A DNA stretch of 60,372 nt from Chlamydiales bacterium (lineage in GTDB: Bacteria > Chlamydiota > Chlamydiia > Chlamydiales > JAAZZY01). Both the position numbers and the translations under genes were made by a program. Shown here piece by piece: positions 45,275 to 55,583 of this stretch. Position 1 is the stretch's first letter. Every line of letters begins with the position of its first letter. Under the pieces are notes generated by a model, which did no database searches, was not told the origin of the DNA, and was given only the letters and a program-made list of their open reading frames with translations. The DNA lies in the NCBI GenBank assembly GCA_965206695.1, contig CBDBKM010000012.1, forward strand, positions 1 to 60,372, in the 5' to 3' direction.

Positions 45275-45886
45275 ATGACAAAAAAATCTCAGGCTATTAG
45301 TATATTTAAACTGCATGGAGGAATGCTCAGATATTCTGAAGCAATTTCAGAAGGCATACATCCCCGTATTCTTTACAAACTGTGCGAGTTAGGCATCATT
45401 AAAAAACTTCAGAGAGGTTTATATGCTCTGACTGATTTACCTGATATCGAAGAACCTGATCTAGTTGTAATTTCAAAAATAATACCTAAAGGAGTTATTT
45501 GTTTAATATCGGCTCTTTATTTTCATCGTTTAACGGTACAAATTCCTAGATGGGTTGATGTTGCGGTGCATCAAAAATATATTCCCGCTCAACTGAAACA
45601 CCCCCCCATTCAAATTCACTGGTTTTCTGATAAGTTTTATAACAACGGAATAGAAAAACATAATTTCTGTGGAGCGGAAATAAAAATATACTCTAGAGAA
45701 AAATCTATTATAGACTGCTTCAGATTAAGAAAAAAAATAGGAATAGACATCGTAATAGAAGCTCTTAAATCATATTTAAAACAAGATAATATAAACATTA
45801 CCCTTTTGATAAAATTTGCAAAAGAATCAAGAATTAGTAAAATTTTAGAACCATATTTACAAGCATTTACCTATGACCAATCATAA
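45275..45886 (+). CDS. abiEi: Type IV TA AbiEi-family antitoxin
   Basis: wHTH RGLY; GVICLISALYFHRLTVQIP; IYSREKSIIDCFRLR..IGIDIVIEALKSY. Confidence 0.88.
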   Translation: MTKKSQAISIFKLHGGMLRYSEAISEGIHPRILYKLCELGIIKKLQRGLYALTDLPDIEEPDLVVISKIIPKGVICLISALYFHRLTVQIPRWVDVAVHQKYIPAQLKHPPIQIHWFSDKFYNNGIEKHNFCGAEIKIYSREKSIIDCFRLRKKIGIDIVIEALKSYLKQDNINITLLIKFAKESRISKILEPYLQAFTYDQS

Positions 45887-46796
45887 TATAAAAAACCTTC
45901 CAGCTTCAGTAAAGTCGCGTCTATTAAATATTGCACGTAATACACAGAAACCGTTTCAGGAACTACTGCAATATTACGTTATGGAACGTTTTCTTTTTCG
46001 TCTGTCAGAATCTCGTTATAAAGATATATTTATTTTAAAAGGAGCTCTTCTTTTCAAAGTCTGGGGAATTTCAGACTCTCGTGCAACAATGGATATTGAC
46101 ACATTAGCAAGAACGTCAAATTCTTTAAATAATCTCATAAAAATAATAAAAGAGATATGCGCTCATATTCCATCTGTCGCTGATGGAGTTGAATTTCTCC
46201 CATCTTCAATTAATGGAGAGAAGATGCAATTGCAAAAAGAATATGAAGGTATTCGCATTCTATTTGAAGGTCGTCTGGCTTCTTCTAAAATTCCAATGCA
46301 AATTGATATCGGTTTTGGAGATATTATTACTCCTGCAGTTCAGCAAGCACGCTATCCTAATATTTTAAATTTTCCTGCCCCACAACTTAATATATATATC
46401 CCGGAAACACTCATTGCGGAGAAAATTGTAACAATGATTGAAAAGGGAGAAACAAATAGTAGAATAAAAGATTTCTATGATGTTTGGTTACTTTTTCGCA
46501 AGAATGATTTAAATGATTTATTTTCTTATAAAACTGTGAAGCAAGCTCTTATCAGAACCGCTAGATTTCGCAAGATAGAATATGATACTCAGGCTTTTTC
46601 TTCTTCAATTGCGTTATATGCAAAAAACCCAAATGCTCACACCTTGTGGGAAAGATTTAAGAAGAAGCAACTCCCAGAGCTGCATCAGAATCTTTTGCTC
46701 GATGTTATAACAAACACTATAATAGGCATTTTGCGGCAGATAGAAGATGGTAATATAAATAAAACCTTATCTTCCATTTTACAGCCAATGATATAG
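45873..46796 (+). CDS. abiEii: AbiEii/AbiGii nucleotidyltransferase toxin; frame continues past the TAG
   Basis: ERFLFRLS, FILKGALL, RATMDID, QIDIGFGD, AEK, NSRIKDFYD. Confidence 0.9.
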   Translation: MTNHNIKNLPASVKSRLLNIARNTQKPFQELLQYYVMERFLFRLSESRYKDIFILKGALLFKVWGISDSRATMDIDTLARTSNSLNNLIKIIKEICAHIPSVADGVEFLPSSINGEKMQLQKEYEGIRILFEGRLASSKIPMQIDIGFGDIITPAVQQARYPNILNFPAPQLNIYIPETLIAEKIVTMIEKGETNSRIKDFYDVWLLFRKNDLNDLFSYKTVKQALIRTARFRKIEYDTQAFSSSIALYAKNPNAHTLWERFKKKQLPELHQNLLLDVITNTIIGILRQIEDGNINKTLSSILQPMI

Positions 46797-46922
46797 GGTA
46801 AATTAAAAGGAGAAGATTTATATATCCTCTTGGATAGAACTCTTCAAAAAGAAAGGGATATAAATCAGTCCAATATTAATGGGCATAAATTTTTGCAACT
46901 TCTAATACAAGAAGCCGGATTA

Positions 46923-47243
46923 TAGTCATTTAATTTTATATTGATAAGATTGCTTGATCAATGGCGAATTTAAAATTCGTAACTTTTCGTAATATCTCTC
47001 TAACTTTATTTTTCATATTAGCCCAATATTTTTCTATAGGATTTAAGTCCGGAGAATATGGAGGAAGAAACATAAGCTTACAACCGACAGATTCTACTAT
47101 TTTCCTGCTTTCCGCTGACTTGTGAAAACCGGCATTGTCAAGAATAAGAACACTACCGGGTGTAAGCTGAGGAGTCAAAACTTCCTTAAGCCAAATATTG
47201 AATAACCCGGTATTACAAGTACCTTCAAAACACATTGGAGATA
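46923..47243 (-). mobile_element. IS630 'A', copy 7 (3' part only)
   Basis: orfB C-terminus and right end; cut by IS630 'B'. Confidence 0.9.
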
Positions 47244-48337
47244 TACTCATCACGAATAAACCTCCGGATATTTTGTATTCGTATAGTGTAAATTATTTTG
47301 TATGAATTCATTTTTAACACTATCAGAAGAAAAGCATCTCAGACAGCAACATAAACGAGAAAAGAATGGTCGTATACGAGATCGTATCAAGGCTGTTCTA
47401 TTGTCGAATAAAGGTTGGAGTAATACTCGTATTGCTGAAGCTGTGCTTTTAGACGATGAAACAGTGTCTCGTCACATTAAAGAATATCAAAATAAACAGC
47501 AATTGCATGTAGAAAGCGGTGGTTCAGTCAGTAAACTTCTTGCGCCACAGTCAGAAGAATTCATTAAACATTTAACAACTCATACCTATGTCAAAGTAGA
47601 AGATATCTGTTCTTATGTTCTCGCGAAATATGGCATTGTTTATACGATTTCAGGGATGACTTCTTGGCTACACTCACATGGTTTTTCCTATAAAAAGCCT
47701 AAAGGTACACCGGCTAAGGCAAATTCTGATCAACAAAAAGCTTGGATGCAATTTTACACCAAGCTTATGGCATCTCTGCCTAAAAATGAGCCTGTTGAAT
47801 TTGCTGATGGTGTGCATCCAACTATGGCAACTAAAATTTCTTATGGTTGGATTCGACCGGGAACAAGTAAATTAATCGCAACAACAGCTTCTAGAACTCG
47901 AATGAATCTTATGGGGTCTATCAATTTAAACAGTATGAAGGTAACAATAGATGCTTATGAAACATTAAATAGCGGTACCATGGCAAAACATTTTGCTTTA
48001 TTACGGTCAAAATATCCCTCAGCTCCAAATATCCATCTTATTTTAGATCAAGGTCCTTATAATACAAGTATTCAGACCAAACAAGAAGCAGAAAAACAAG
48101 GTATTATTCTCTATTATTTACCTTCTTACAGTCCTAACCTCAATCCTATTGAACGATTATGGAAAGTGATGAATGAATATTGTCGCAATAATCGGTTTTT
48201 TAATTCTGCTAAAGAATTTCGGAGATCGATTATCGGATTTTTTGAAAATACTTGGCCCTCTATTGCTCAATCAATGAGGACACGAATCAATGATCATTTT
48301 CAAGTCTTAGAATCGGCACTTTGATTCATAAGGGGTA
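47244..48337 (+). mobile_element. IS630 'B', copy 2 (transposase 47302..48324)
   Basis: Near-identical to 1919..3012; flanks unrelated to each other. Confidence 0.95.
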
Positions 48338-48497
48338 TAGGCATACCTAATGGCCATCCCATTTCAACTGTTTTAAGATCTTCACCAATAATTTTTTTAA
48401 GGTGTTTTGGTAAAGCCTTCAACCATCTTCTAACCGGTTCATTTCCATTTGATGATTTGTAAAACTTTATAGATACAACTTTTTTCGCAGGTAGCAT
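48338..48497 (-). pseudogene. RelE/Gp49-like toxin, 3'-truncated by IS
   Basis: FYKSSNGNEPVRRWLKAL...IGEDLKTVEMGWPLGMP; operator-like palindrome GTACCAAATATGGTAC at 48532..48547. Confidence 0.8.
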
Positions 48498-48622
48498 GTC
48501 AACCGGCTTATGTTCTTAATCATATTAAATAGTACCAAATATGGTACGTTATAATCAAGCAAAATCTAACTATAATTTTTATTTTACAAGTCGTTAATTA
48601 TCATGAAATTAAGAAAAATGCT

Positions 48623-48658
48623 TGGGGACGGTTGGACACATTCAGAACTTTTGATTGG
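48623..48658 (+). repeat. Conserved putative recombination site, copy 5
   Basis: TGGGGACGGTTGGACACATTCAGAACTTTTGATTGG; similarity to the 1161..4032 segment starts at this site. Confidence 0.85.
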
Positions 48659-48710
48659 AAAAAATTAGAAAATATAACAAATAATATTATTGGAAATTAG
48701 ATCATACTAG

Positions 48711-49802
48711 CTATCTGTAAATGATCAATCGACCAGGATTGTTAGGGAGTTCCTCTACTCTATCTTTAAAAGATTCCAGAATACTATCTTTTAATGCGCT
48801 ACCGCTATTAAAACCCGTGATAACAGTTATATTTGATATTTTATTCAAATCCATAAAAAATTGTATTGCTACTTTGGCAACAGAAGGATGGATTCCCGAC
48901 ATGCCATATCTGTCTTTTTTTTGATACTTATAAAACGAGTTGTGATGTAAGTTTAAAGCATTATGGCTGAACTTCCGTATCAAACCTTCACTATACATCT
49001 TATGAAAGATCTCCAAAGCCTCCTCTGCTTTACCACCTTTTTCACAAGCAGAGATGACAGCATTATAGGTAATCACATTAGGTGTAATACCGGCATCAAG
49101 CATCTTATTAAAGATCTCCAAAGCCTTCTCTGCTTTACCACCTTTTCCACAAGCAGAGATGACAGCAGTATAGGTAATCACATCAAGTGTAATACCAACA
49201 GGAATTGCCTTAAAGATCTCCAAAGCCTCCTCTGCTTTACCACCTTTTTCACAAGCAGAGATGACAGCATTATAGGTAATCACATTAGGTGTAATACCGG
49301 CATCAGTTAAATTGTTGAGTAATCTAATAGCATCTTGATAATTGGCGGTAGGTTTTGTAATTAAAGATACGGTACACTTCAAAACATCTTGGAGATTTTT
49401 AGTTCCGCTACGATACTGCTTAATGATGATGCTATTATCCAATACAGGTTTATGTTGTCTTGATGCTGAGGAGTTTTGCCCGCTAAAAGACGAGCAAGAA
49501 GCTCTATTATAATTAGATAACGTATGAGACGCTAAAGATTGAACCTGATTTAAGATAGATTCTTTTTGAGAGGGCTTTAATTGTAACCAATTTTCTGTTA
49601 AATCTCCGTATCTTAGTGAACTGGCGGGTGTTTTATCTTTTATATATGCACTAAAATGATCTTCTATACCTTGATCATGCTGATAGTGGACAAAATAATC
49701 ATTATACCTCAGTCTGTTGGATTTAATATACTCTTTATTATTAAATATATAATTATTTATTAGATTAAATTCTGTAGAAGAGTTACTGGATACATTTAAC
49801 AT
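48711..49802 (-). CDS. PPR-repeat protein with C-terminal SMR-like domain, intact paralog
   Basis: Three VITY(N/T)AVISAC.KGGKAE.ALEIF PPR motifs; LNLH...VAKVAI...ITVITGFNSG...NNPGRLII. Confidence 0.9.
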   Translation of the reverse strand: MLNVSSNSSTEFNLINNYIFNNKEYIKSNRLRYNDYFVHYQHDQGIEDHFSAYIKDKTPASSLRYGDLTENWLQLKPSQKESILNQVQSLASHTLSNYNRASCSSFSGQNSSASRQHKPVLDNSIIIKQYRSGTKNLQDVLKCTVSLITKPTANYQDAIRLLNNLTDAGITPNVITYNAVISACEKGGKAEEALEIFKAIPVGITLDVITYTAVISACGKGGKAEKALEIFNKMLDAGITPNVITYNAVISACEKGGKAEEALEIFHKMYSEGLIRKFSHNALNLHHNSFYKYQKKDRYGMSGIHPSVAKVAIQFFMDLNKISNITVITGFNSGSALKDSILESFKDRVEELPNNPGRLIIYR

Positions 49803-49985
49803 AAATTCTAATATAAGGTTATTTATTTAACTAAAATATAACATAATTAATGTATTACTTAAACTTAAAATATGATAAATAGTAAATATCTTTTAAGGTT
49901 ATTTGATTATAATTTTAAAGGTTAAATTAAAATATGTAATCTAATTTATTATTGAAAAAAATTAGGTACTTTTGAAGCTTTTGAA

Positions 49986-51152
49986 CTTAGTACAGGACAA
50001 AAAAAATGAGATTGAAGTAACTCGCTGATATGCAGTAATCTTTTTTGAAAAAAAGGAGATTTTAACATGCATATCAATGAGTTATCCGGGATCTTAAACC
50101 GATACTTCAATTTTCACAAGGCTCGTGCTGATTGCCTTGCTCAGCTTGTGATAGCAATGATCACTGTTAAGACTGTGAATTTCGCACATCTTGCAACCTC
50201 TTTTATCACGCAGTCTCTTCCGGAGTCATGCTACAAACGCATTCAGAGATTCTTTAGATTTCTAAAATTTGATCCTTTTGCCCTTGCTTCTATGGTAATC
50301 ACCCTTTTTGATCTAAAAAATAAAAAACTGAAATTGGCTCTTGATCGAACGAACCGGAAGTTTGGGAAAATAGACATTAACATTCTTATGCTTACAGTAG
50401 CCTATAAGGGAATTGCTCTTCCTTTGATGTGGAGTCTTCTACAAAAAAGAGGAAATTCCAATACTTTAGAATGAATCGAGTTGATAAAACGTATTCTCCT
50501 TCTTATTGGAGCCGGAAACATTGACTCTCTCCTTGGAGATAGAGAGTTTGTTGGATCAGAGTGGATTCAGTGGCTAGATGAGCAAGAAATTCCCTTTCTT
50601 TTTCGTGTTCGTAACAACAGTTTACCGGAGGGAGTGTTGCCAATAAATATCTTTTTTAAAAGATTACCCCTTGGCAAGACACTTAAAAATGCAAAAACTG
50701 TCTTGTGGGGAAGAAGTATTTATCTAAGCACAAGATGGTCTTACAAGAAAGATGAGCTTGTTACAATTATCTCCAATCGGAATTTTTACAACCCCTTCAA
50801 GGTCTATCGTAAAAGGTGGGAGATTGAGACATTCTTTGGATGTTTGAAGAAAAGGGGGTTTTGCTTTGAAGACACACACCTCATACATATTTCCGGAATA
50901 GAAAAACTTGTTTTCGTTTTTGCAATAGCATTTTGCCGGAGTCATCGCGTAGGAGAGGCTAAGGAAAAAAATACTCCGATCAAAATAAAATCTCATGGTC
51001 GTAAGGCAAAGAGTATTTTTAGGTATGGATTTGATGAGCTGCGAGCAATATTTTTAAGAGTTAGAGAGAAACTTGAGGAGTGTGTTAATTACCTTAACTT
51101 GCTGATTATTAATCATAAAATAGAGGTGTCTTGAAAAATGTCCTGTACTAAG
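49986..51152 (+). mobile_element. IS4-family element; transposase 50067..51134 with an in-frame TGA at 50472
   Basis: Perfect 14-bp IR CTTAGTACAGGACA; LALDRTN, GDREF, YRKRWEIETFFGCLKKRGF. Confidence 0.88.
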
Positions 51153-52024
51153 AAAGCTCCTACCTATTAATAATGACTTAATTGCACGATCGTTATCGGA
51201 TGCGAGTACTAAACAATTTACTACCCCACATGGGGACCCAATCGATATTGATATCCAAAAAATTAAACAAGAACTTGAAAATATCATTTTCGATCAAGAT
51301 GACATTATAGATACAGAAAAAAACTGTGAAGTCGTAACTCAACTTATTCCACAAATAACTAATTATTTACAAAATCTTCTGAAGAATGATTTAAATACTT
51401 AATCATTATCTACAAATATATAAAGAAGAGATATCTCAATTTATTTATAAACAAATGCAATTGCATTATGAACCGTCTGTTATTGAATATAGAGAAGAAG
51501 TCTATAATGGGTATTTAAAATTACCCCATTCTATACAAACCATTTCTCAGAATCATGAGCGTATACATTTTACTGAAACCCTTGATAAACAGTCTTATAT
51601 TAAAAACATATTATTTTATGGATTTAAAAAATCACCTTATCTTCAGATGAAATTCGATTCTAATCCTGAAAAAATATTTTGTAGCATTTTAGAAAACAGT
51701 AATAATGTCATGAAATGGATGAAGATACCACGTAATTCTTTTTCTCTTTATTATAGAAATAATAAACGATATGAACCTGACTTCATCATAGAAGCGATGG
51801 ATCATAAATATCTTTGTGAAATACAACAAGCTTCTGAAATAATTAATCCTACAGTTCAAGAAAAGGCTGAGATAGCTGTAAAATGGTGTAGACTAGCTAC
51901 AGAGCATGCAAAAATACATGACTCCAAAGCCCGGTCATATTTATTGATACCACACGACATCATTGATAGAAGCAAATCATTTGATTATTTATCTAAAAAT
52001 TATATCCATACGACCAAAACATAA
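51153..52024 (+). pseudogene. C-terminal nuclease part of a type III restriction Res-like subunit
   Basis: KFDSNPEK...MKW...YEPDFIIE...KAEIAVKWC...YLLIPHD; upstream part broken and cut by IS4. Confidence 0.65.
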
Positions 52025-52079
52025 TATGAATATTCAAAGTTATGAGTGAGTTACCGGCCTCTTTTAAATAGATTGACAG

Positions 52080-52455
52080 GAGATGAAATTATTGAACTAA
52101 GATAACGACATGTAATCGCCTATACTTCTATTGTTTCTATCCTATCAACCAATTCCTTAAATCTACTTCTTTCTTCTTTACGTTGAGATTTTTTAGCTCT
52201 TGTATGCTCCCCCTGTAACGATCTTTCTACCACTGAAGGCTCCATGCATTCTACAGACCTTCTTATCCTTAACAGCCCAAGATTGTACATTGCTTCTGTG
52301 ATCTTTTACTTTTAGCATGGCATTGCATGAGGTTTCTCCTATTTTTATTTTTGATCTGCCCCTACAACAACAGCTTGAGCATTATCAGATACGCTAACAT
52401 GCTGTACTACCAACTGCTGTTGTCCCCTTCTTTTATATTTTTCAATATCATTAAC
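52080..52455 (-). pseudogene. Remnant of a third, diverged integrative-element copy (end of the 155-aa homolog plus decayed HGGxSTG-type gene)
   Basis: NDIEKYKRRGQQQLVVQHVSVSDNAQAVV, followed by MPCHAKSKRSQKQC. Confidence 0.7.
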
Positions 52456-54223
52456 CCGACATTCCTAGACCTCTAAACAAGTTTTTCTAATTAAGCCATA
52501 CATCCTCATTGCAGTCTTTCCAAACAAAACAATAATCTTTTTCCGAAGACGGGTTAAATTTGTGATCATTTCTTTACAAATTCTCCGGGAAGTCTTCTGA
52601 AAAAAACGGATTATTCCGATACCTTCCATAATTTGGAAAATCCATCTTAATGTTGGATTTTTGACTTCCTTTCCTAATTGGTTGGGTAATGTCTCTTCTG
52701 TTTCTATCAATTTTTGTCGAAGTTGATATTGTCCGATATTATAAACCATTAAACACAATGTCATAACCATCATTAATGCTTCAATGCGTCGAGGGGTTTT
52801 TAAAAAAATAGAATCAACCATAAACCAAGGATCTTTTAAAAAGCGAAACCCTCCTTCAACCTTTTGCTGTTCTTTATATTCTTCTAACATCATCTCATCT
52901 TTATAATTTTCTCTATCGGTGTCATTCGCAGCTAAAATAAACCGTCCTTTTCTATTCATCAGTTTATTAATTTCTTCTTCTTCCCTTTCAAAGCTAGCAT
53001 GAATCTTGTATCCAACAACTTGTTTTTCCTCTCCTTGTTTAGGTTTGCCTAATTTACCATATTTTAGAATCGGCAATATCTCACTATTCATGGAATATAA
53101 ATGATTTTTTTTAGTCAATCTGCCCCAAGCTTTTTTAGCATCACTTTCGCATTTAAATTCCTCATTACCCAAATGCCAAAGTTGTTTCTTGAGCTTTTCT
53201 TCTGCCTTGGTCAATTTTTTTTCTAATGATTTTATCTCTCTCTGATAGGCTTGCTCTGAAAAAACCAAAAGCCATCTTTGTTTAATCCCTCCATAAAAAG
53301 AGGTGAAGCTGCATGTTTTATATCCTTTCTCCTGATCAATCCAATCAATTTCTTCTTCCGGTTTTTCTACTAATCTTTTTGCTTCTCCTATTATCTCGGG
53401 AACTCGGGTGAGCCATTTATAATCATTATTTTTTAAGAGCTTTTCTTTTGTGTATAACGCTGAATCGGCAACCCACTTAAACTTTGTTTTTACATCAATC
53501 TGTTGTTGAAATTCACTGATTTTTTTGATCGTCTCATGAAAACTTGCTTTATCAGAACTATTGCCGTCTAAGGCTTCCATCCATAGAGGCATAGAACTCG
53601 GACCATTGGTAACGAGAGAAAGTACAACTTGTTTCAAATCAGGTCTATGATCTTTAGAATAACCCTGCTTAATCTCAATCACTTGCGGATCATCTTTCAC
53701 TTCATACGACCCATGAACGGAAAAGCTTGTTGTATCTAGATGATGCGTTTTTTGTAGTAAATCATGGTCTAGGGCTATTCCAAAAGAAACTTCAGCAAAT
53801 AATTTACTGCTCCCATATTTCGCAATATCATCCAAAGCATGACCTAAAGTATAATCTGTGAGATCTTCTGCTCGAAGATTGTTGCCAAGTAAATTCTCTA
53901 TCGATTTAGAAGCAAAAAATTGATGTGTTAGGTAGAGACGTCTATTAGTAAACCCTAATCCATTCAGAATCATTGCAATTACTGCCTGTCCCGCACTTAC
54001 TTTTCTTTGTGGATGATTTTTTAATCCGGTATCAATCCTTTCCGCTACCTTTAGATCGCTGCAAAGTGCTGCAATTAATCCATGGTGATCCATGTTCACT
54101 GTTTGAATATTATCTCCTGCAACTTCCGGCATAACTTTTCTCCTTGTATCAAATAAAAAGTAACAGGATAGGCAATCTATAATTCTAATTCAAAAAAAAT
54201 ATCTTACGGTCTAGGAATGTCGG
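52456..54223 (-). mobile_element. IS1634-family element, intact (transposase 52465..54132)
   Basis: 555-aa transposase (HLDTTSFSVHG, GYSKDHRPDLKQ, ADSALY, EGGFRFLKDP); perfect 16-bp IR; no matching TSD. Confidence 0.95.
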
Positions 54224-54256
54224 AAGTAGGTATATCTTCATCGAATTTAGAGTCAT

Positions 54257-55297
54257 TTATATGTAAGGTTGGGTGGCTCTCTCTTTATTACGAGTAAGTT
54301 TCTTTACTGCGTCAATAGGTAGATAAACATCGCTACCATCAAAATAGGCATCTATAGGCCTACCCTTACCAGCCCCATCAGGGAAATGATGTCTTCTTCC
54401 CGGTTCTCCCTTCACTACATCTTTCAAAGTTCTCTCGTCCGTTAACATAACTGTAAATCTAACTCTTGCATGGGTTATAGGAATCAATTTATTTAGATAT
54501 CCCTTAGGCACACAAACTGTCTGATCTCCATTTACATGAAATGTTGTTGTTCGTAGCTCATGAGAATTACTATATTTTTCCCAACCACTTGAAATAATAT
54601 GCTCCGCCGGATGTTTTCCCGGGTTTAATTCACATTTCATAGAAGTTAATTCATACCCAGAAGGCACAGGCGGTCTAAGCATCTCTGAAGCTGAAACAGG
54701 AGTATATGAAGGCGGTCTCATTCGTTCCTGATTTTCCTTTCTCATTCGTTCCTGATTTTCCTTATAATAATTATGTGACGTATCGGAATATTGAGTAAGA
54801 AGCACCTGAAAGAAAGGCTCTTTATATTGGTGCCAACATCCTTTTGTAGAACGATTCTTTGAATACTTATCTAATATTCCTTTTCCATTGAGTGTTCTTA
54901 ATAATTTTTTAGCTAATTTATTTTGAAGATAAAGTTTACACCATCCTTTGCTATAGCCACGTTGTTGAGAATATCCTCCCTGTGGTATACACGATGCATT
55001 ATGGATTTCAGTACCGATATCATCAGCTAATTGTTGATAGTCAGAGTATCGAGCCGTAGTAAGGTTAATCTGTTCTATCTTTTGAATAAAATCATTTATT
55101 AGATTCTGACCTGCCTGTGTCGGAAGTTTCGATATAATAGCATCATCTGTCCAGAAACTTACTGTATTTAGTGATGCAGACATAAATTCAATAGCATCAC
55201 TTACTGTATTTAGTGATGCAGACATAGATCCTTTATAGGGTGTCGTTGAATAAGGAGCTGAGACCTCTGAAGGAATTTGTGAACTTAATGGAAACAT
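54257..55297 (-). CDS. Hypothetical protein (effector-like orphan)
   Basis: 346-aa ORF with GAGG RBS, Ser/Pro/Thr-rich N-terminus and two internal duplications. Confidence 0.7.
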   Translation of the reverse strand: MFPLSSQIPSEVSAPYSTTPYKGSMSASLNTVSDAIEFMSASLNTVSFWTDDAIISKLPTQAGQNLINDFIQKIEQINLTTARYSDYQQLADDIGTEIHNASCIPQGGYSQQRGYSKGWCKLYLQNKLAKKLLRTLNGKGILDKYSKNRSTKGCWHQYKEPFFQVLLTQYSDTSHNYYKENQERMRKENQERMRPPSYTPVSASEMLRPPVPSGYELTSMKCELNPGKHPAEHIISSGWEKYSNSHELRTTTFHVNGDQTVCVPKGYLNKLIPITHARVRFTVMLTDERTLKDVVKGEPGRRHHFPDGAGKGRPIDAYFDGSDVYLPIDAVKKLTRNKERATQPYI

Positions 55298-55583
55298 TTT
55301 TAAACCTCGATCGACATTATTTTATTAGTTTATTAGCGAATTACATATATTTAAACATATACTGTATTAAAAAACAATAAAACCTTTATTAAAAAAAATA
55401 ATTTAATAGAAACTACATTAATAAAATACCCCAACAAAAGTTATTGATAACTAAGAAATTATTTTCCAAACTCTTTTTTTTAGATGAGAAACACAAATAC
55501 TTTTAAACTATAAATATTTCATGATATTTGCTTATTCAAAAGGTCCAAAAGGTTCAAATATAAATCTTCTTTAATAACACTAC

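Noticed and set aside
1161..48658. The 36-bp repeat as a CRISPR direct repeat or canonical attC
   Set aside because: Copies are kilobases apart and in both orientations; no RYYYAAC/GTTRRRY boxes, and I see no IntI-type features in the integrases.
50472..50474. In-frame TGA as evidence of genetic code 4 or read-through
   Set aside because: Trp is encoded by TGG throughout and TGA ends intact genes; a single nonsense change from an Arg codon is simpler.
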